Origin: Octopus sinensis | Lineage: Eukaryota | Assembly: GCF_006345805.1 (NCBI RefSeq) | Contig: NW_021828996.1 | Location: 1-6,715, forward strand | DNA length: 6,715 nt | Direction of reading: 5' to 3' | In this document: positions 6,656 to 6,715 of the stretch, one piece after another | How positions within the stretch are numbered: the stretch's first letter is position 1 | How the letters are laid out: each line of letters begins with the position of its first letter | The notes under the pieces: generated by a model | Told to the model about the DNA's origin: nothing | Seen by the model: the letters and a program-made list of their open reading frames with translations, nothing else | The model's database searches: none | Position numbers and translations under genes: made by a program

Positions 6656-6690
6656 GTTTCCGACGAAGAGCTCCGCTCGAAACGTTAAAC
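6656..6690 (+). ncRNA. Minimal (Penelope-type) hammerhead-like motif, core variant
   Basis: GTTT-CCGACGA-A-GAGC-TCC-GCTC-GAAA-CGTT-AAAC. Stem I is GTTT/AAAC, stem II is GAGC/GCTC, and palindromic AACGTT replaces stem III (dimer type). The core is CCGACGA instead of CUGANGA, with one extra A. Confidence 0.55.
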
Positions 6691-6715
6691 CCTCCTTCTT
6701 TCCTGAGTGTCCAAT

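Overview
AT-rich, repeat-dominated eukaryotic DNA with no intact protein-coding gene. Very dense CA/TA/TATG microsatellites and SINE fragments that I recognise from memory suggest a cephalopod (Octopus-like) genome; this is inference and no search was run. Nearly all listed ORFs are artefacts of dinucleotide and tetranucleotide repeats. Between the repeats lie the 3' part of a decayed Tc1/mariner (probably DD37D/maT) transposon, a decayed RTE-like LINE and three SINE fragments. There is also a ~170-bp local duplication with a perfect 29-bp palindrome at one junction, and three small inverted-repeat elements. The most notable signal is three sequence-unrelated type-I hammerhead-ribozyme-like motifs (2129-2202 +, 3242-3366 -, 6656-6690 +), plus a fourth degenerate one (6363-6412 -). 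Some are linked to inverted terminal duplications, as in Penelope-like or retrozyme-type non-autonomous retroelements. All folds were made by eye and self-cleavage is untested.
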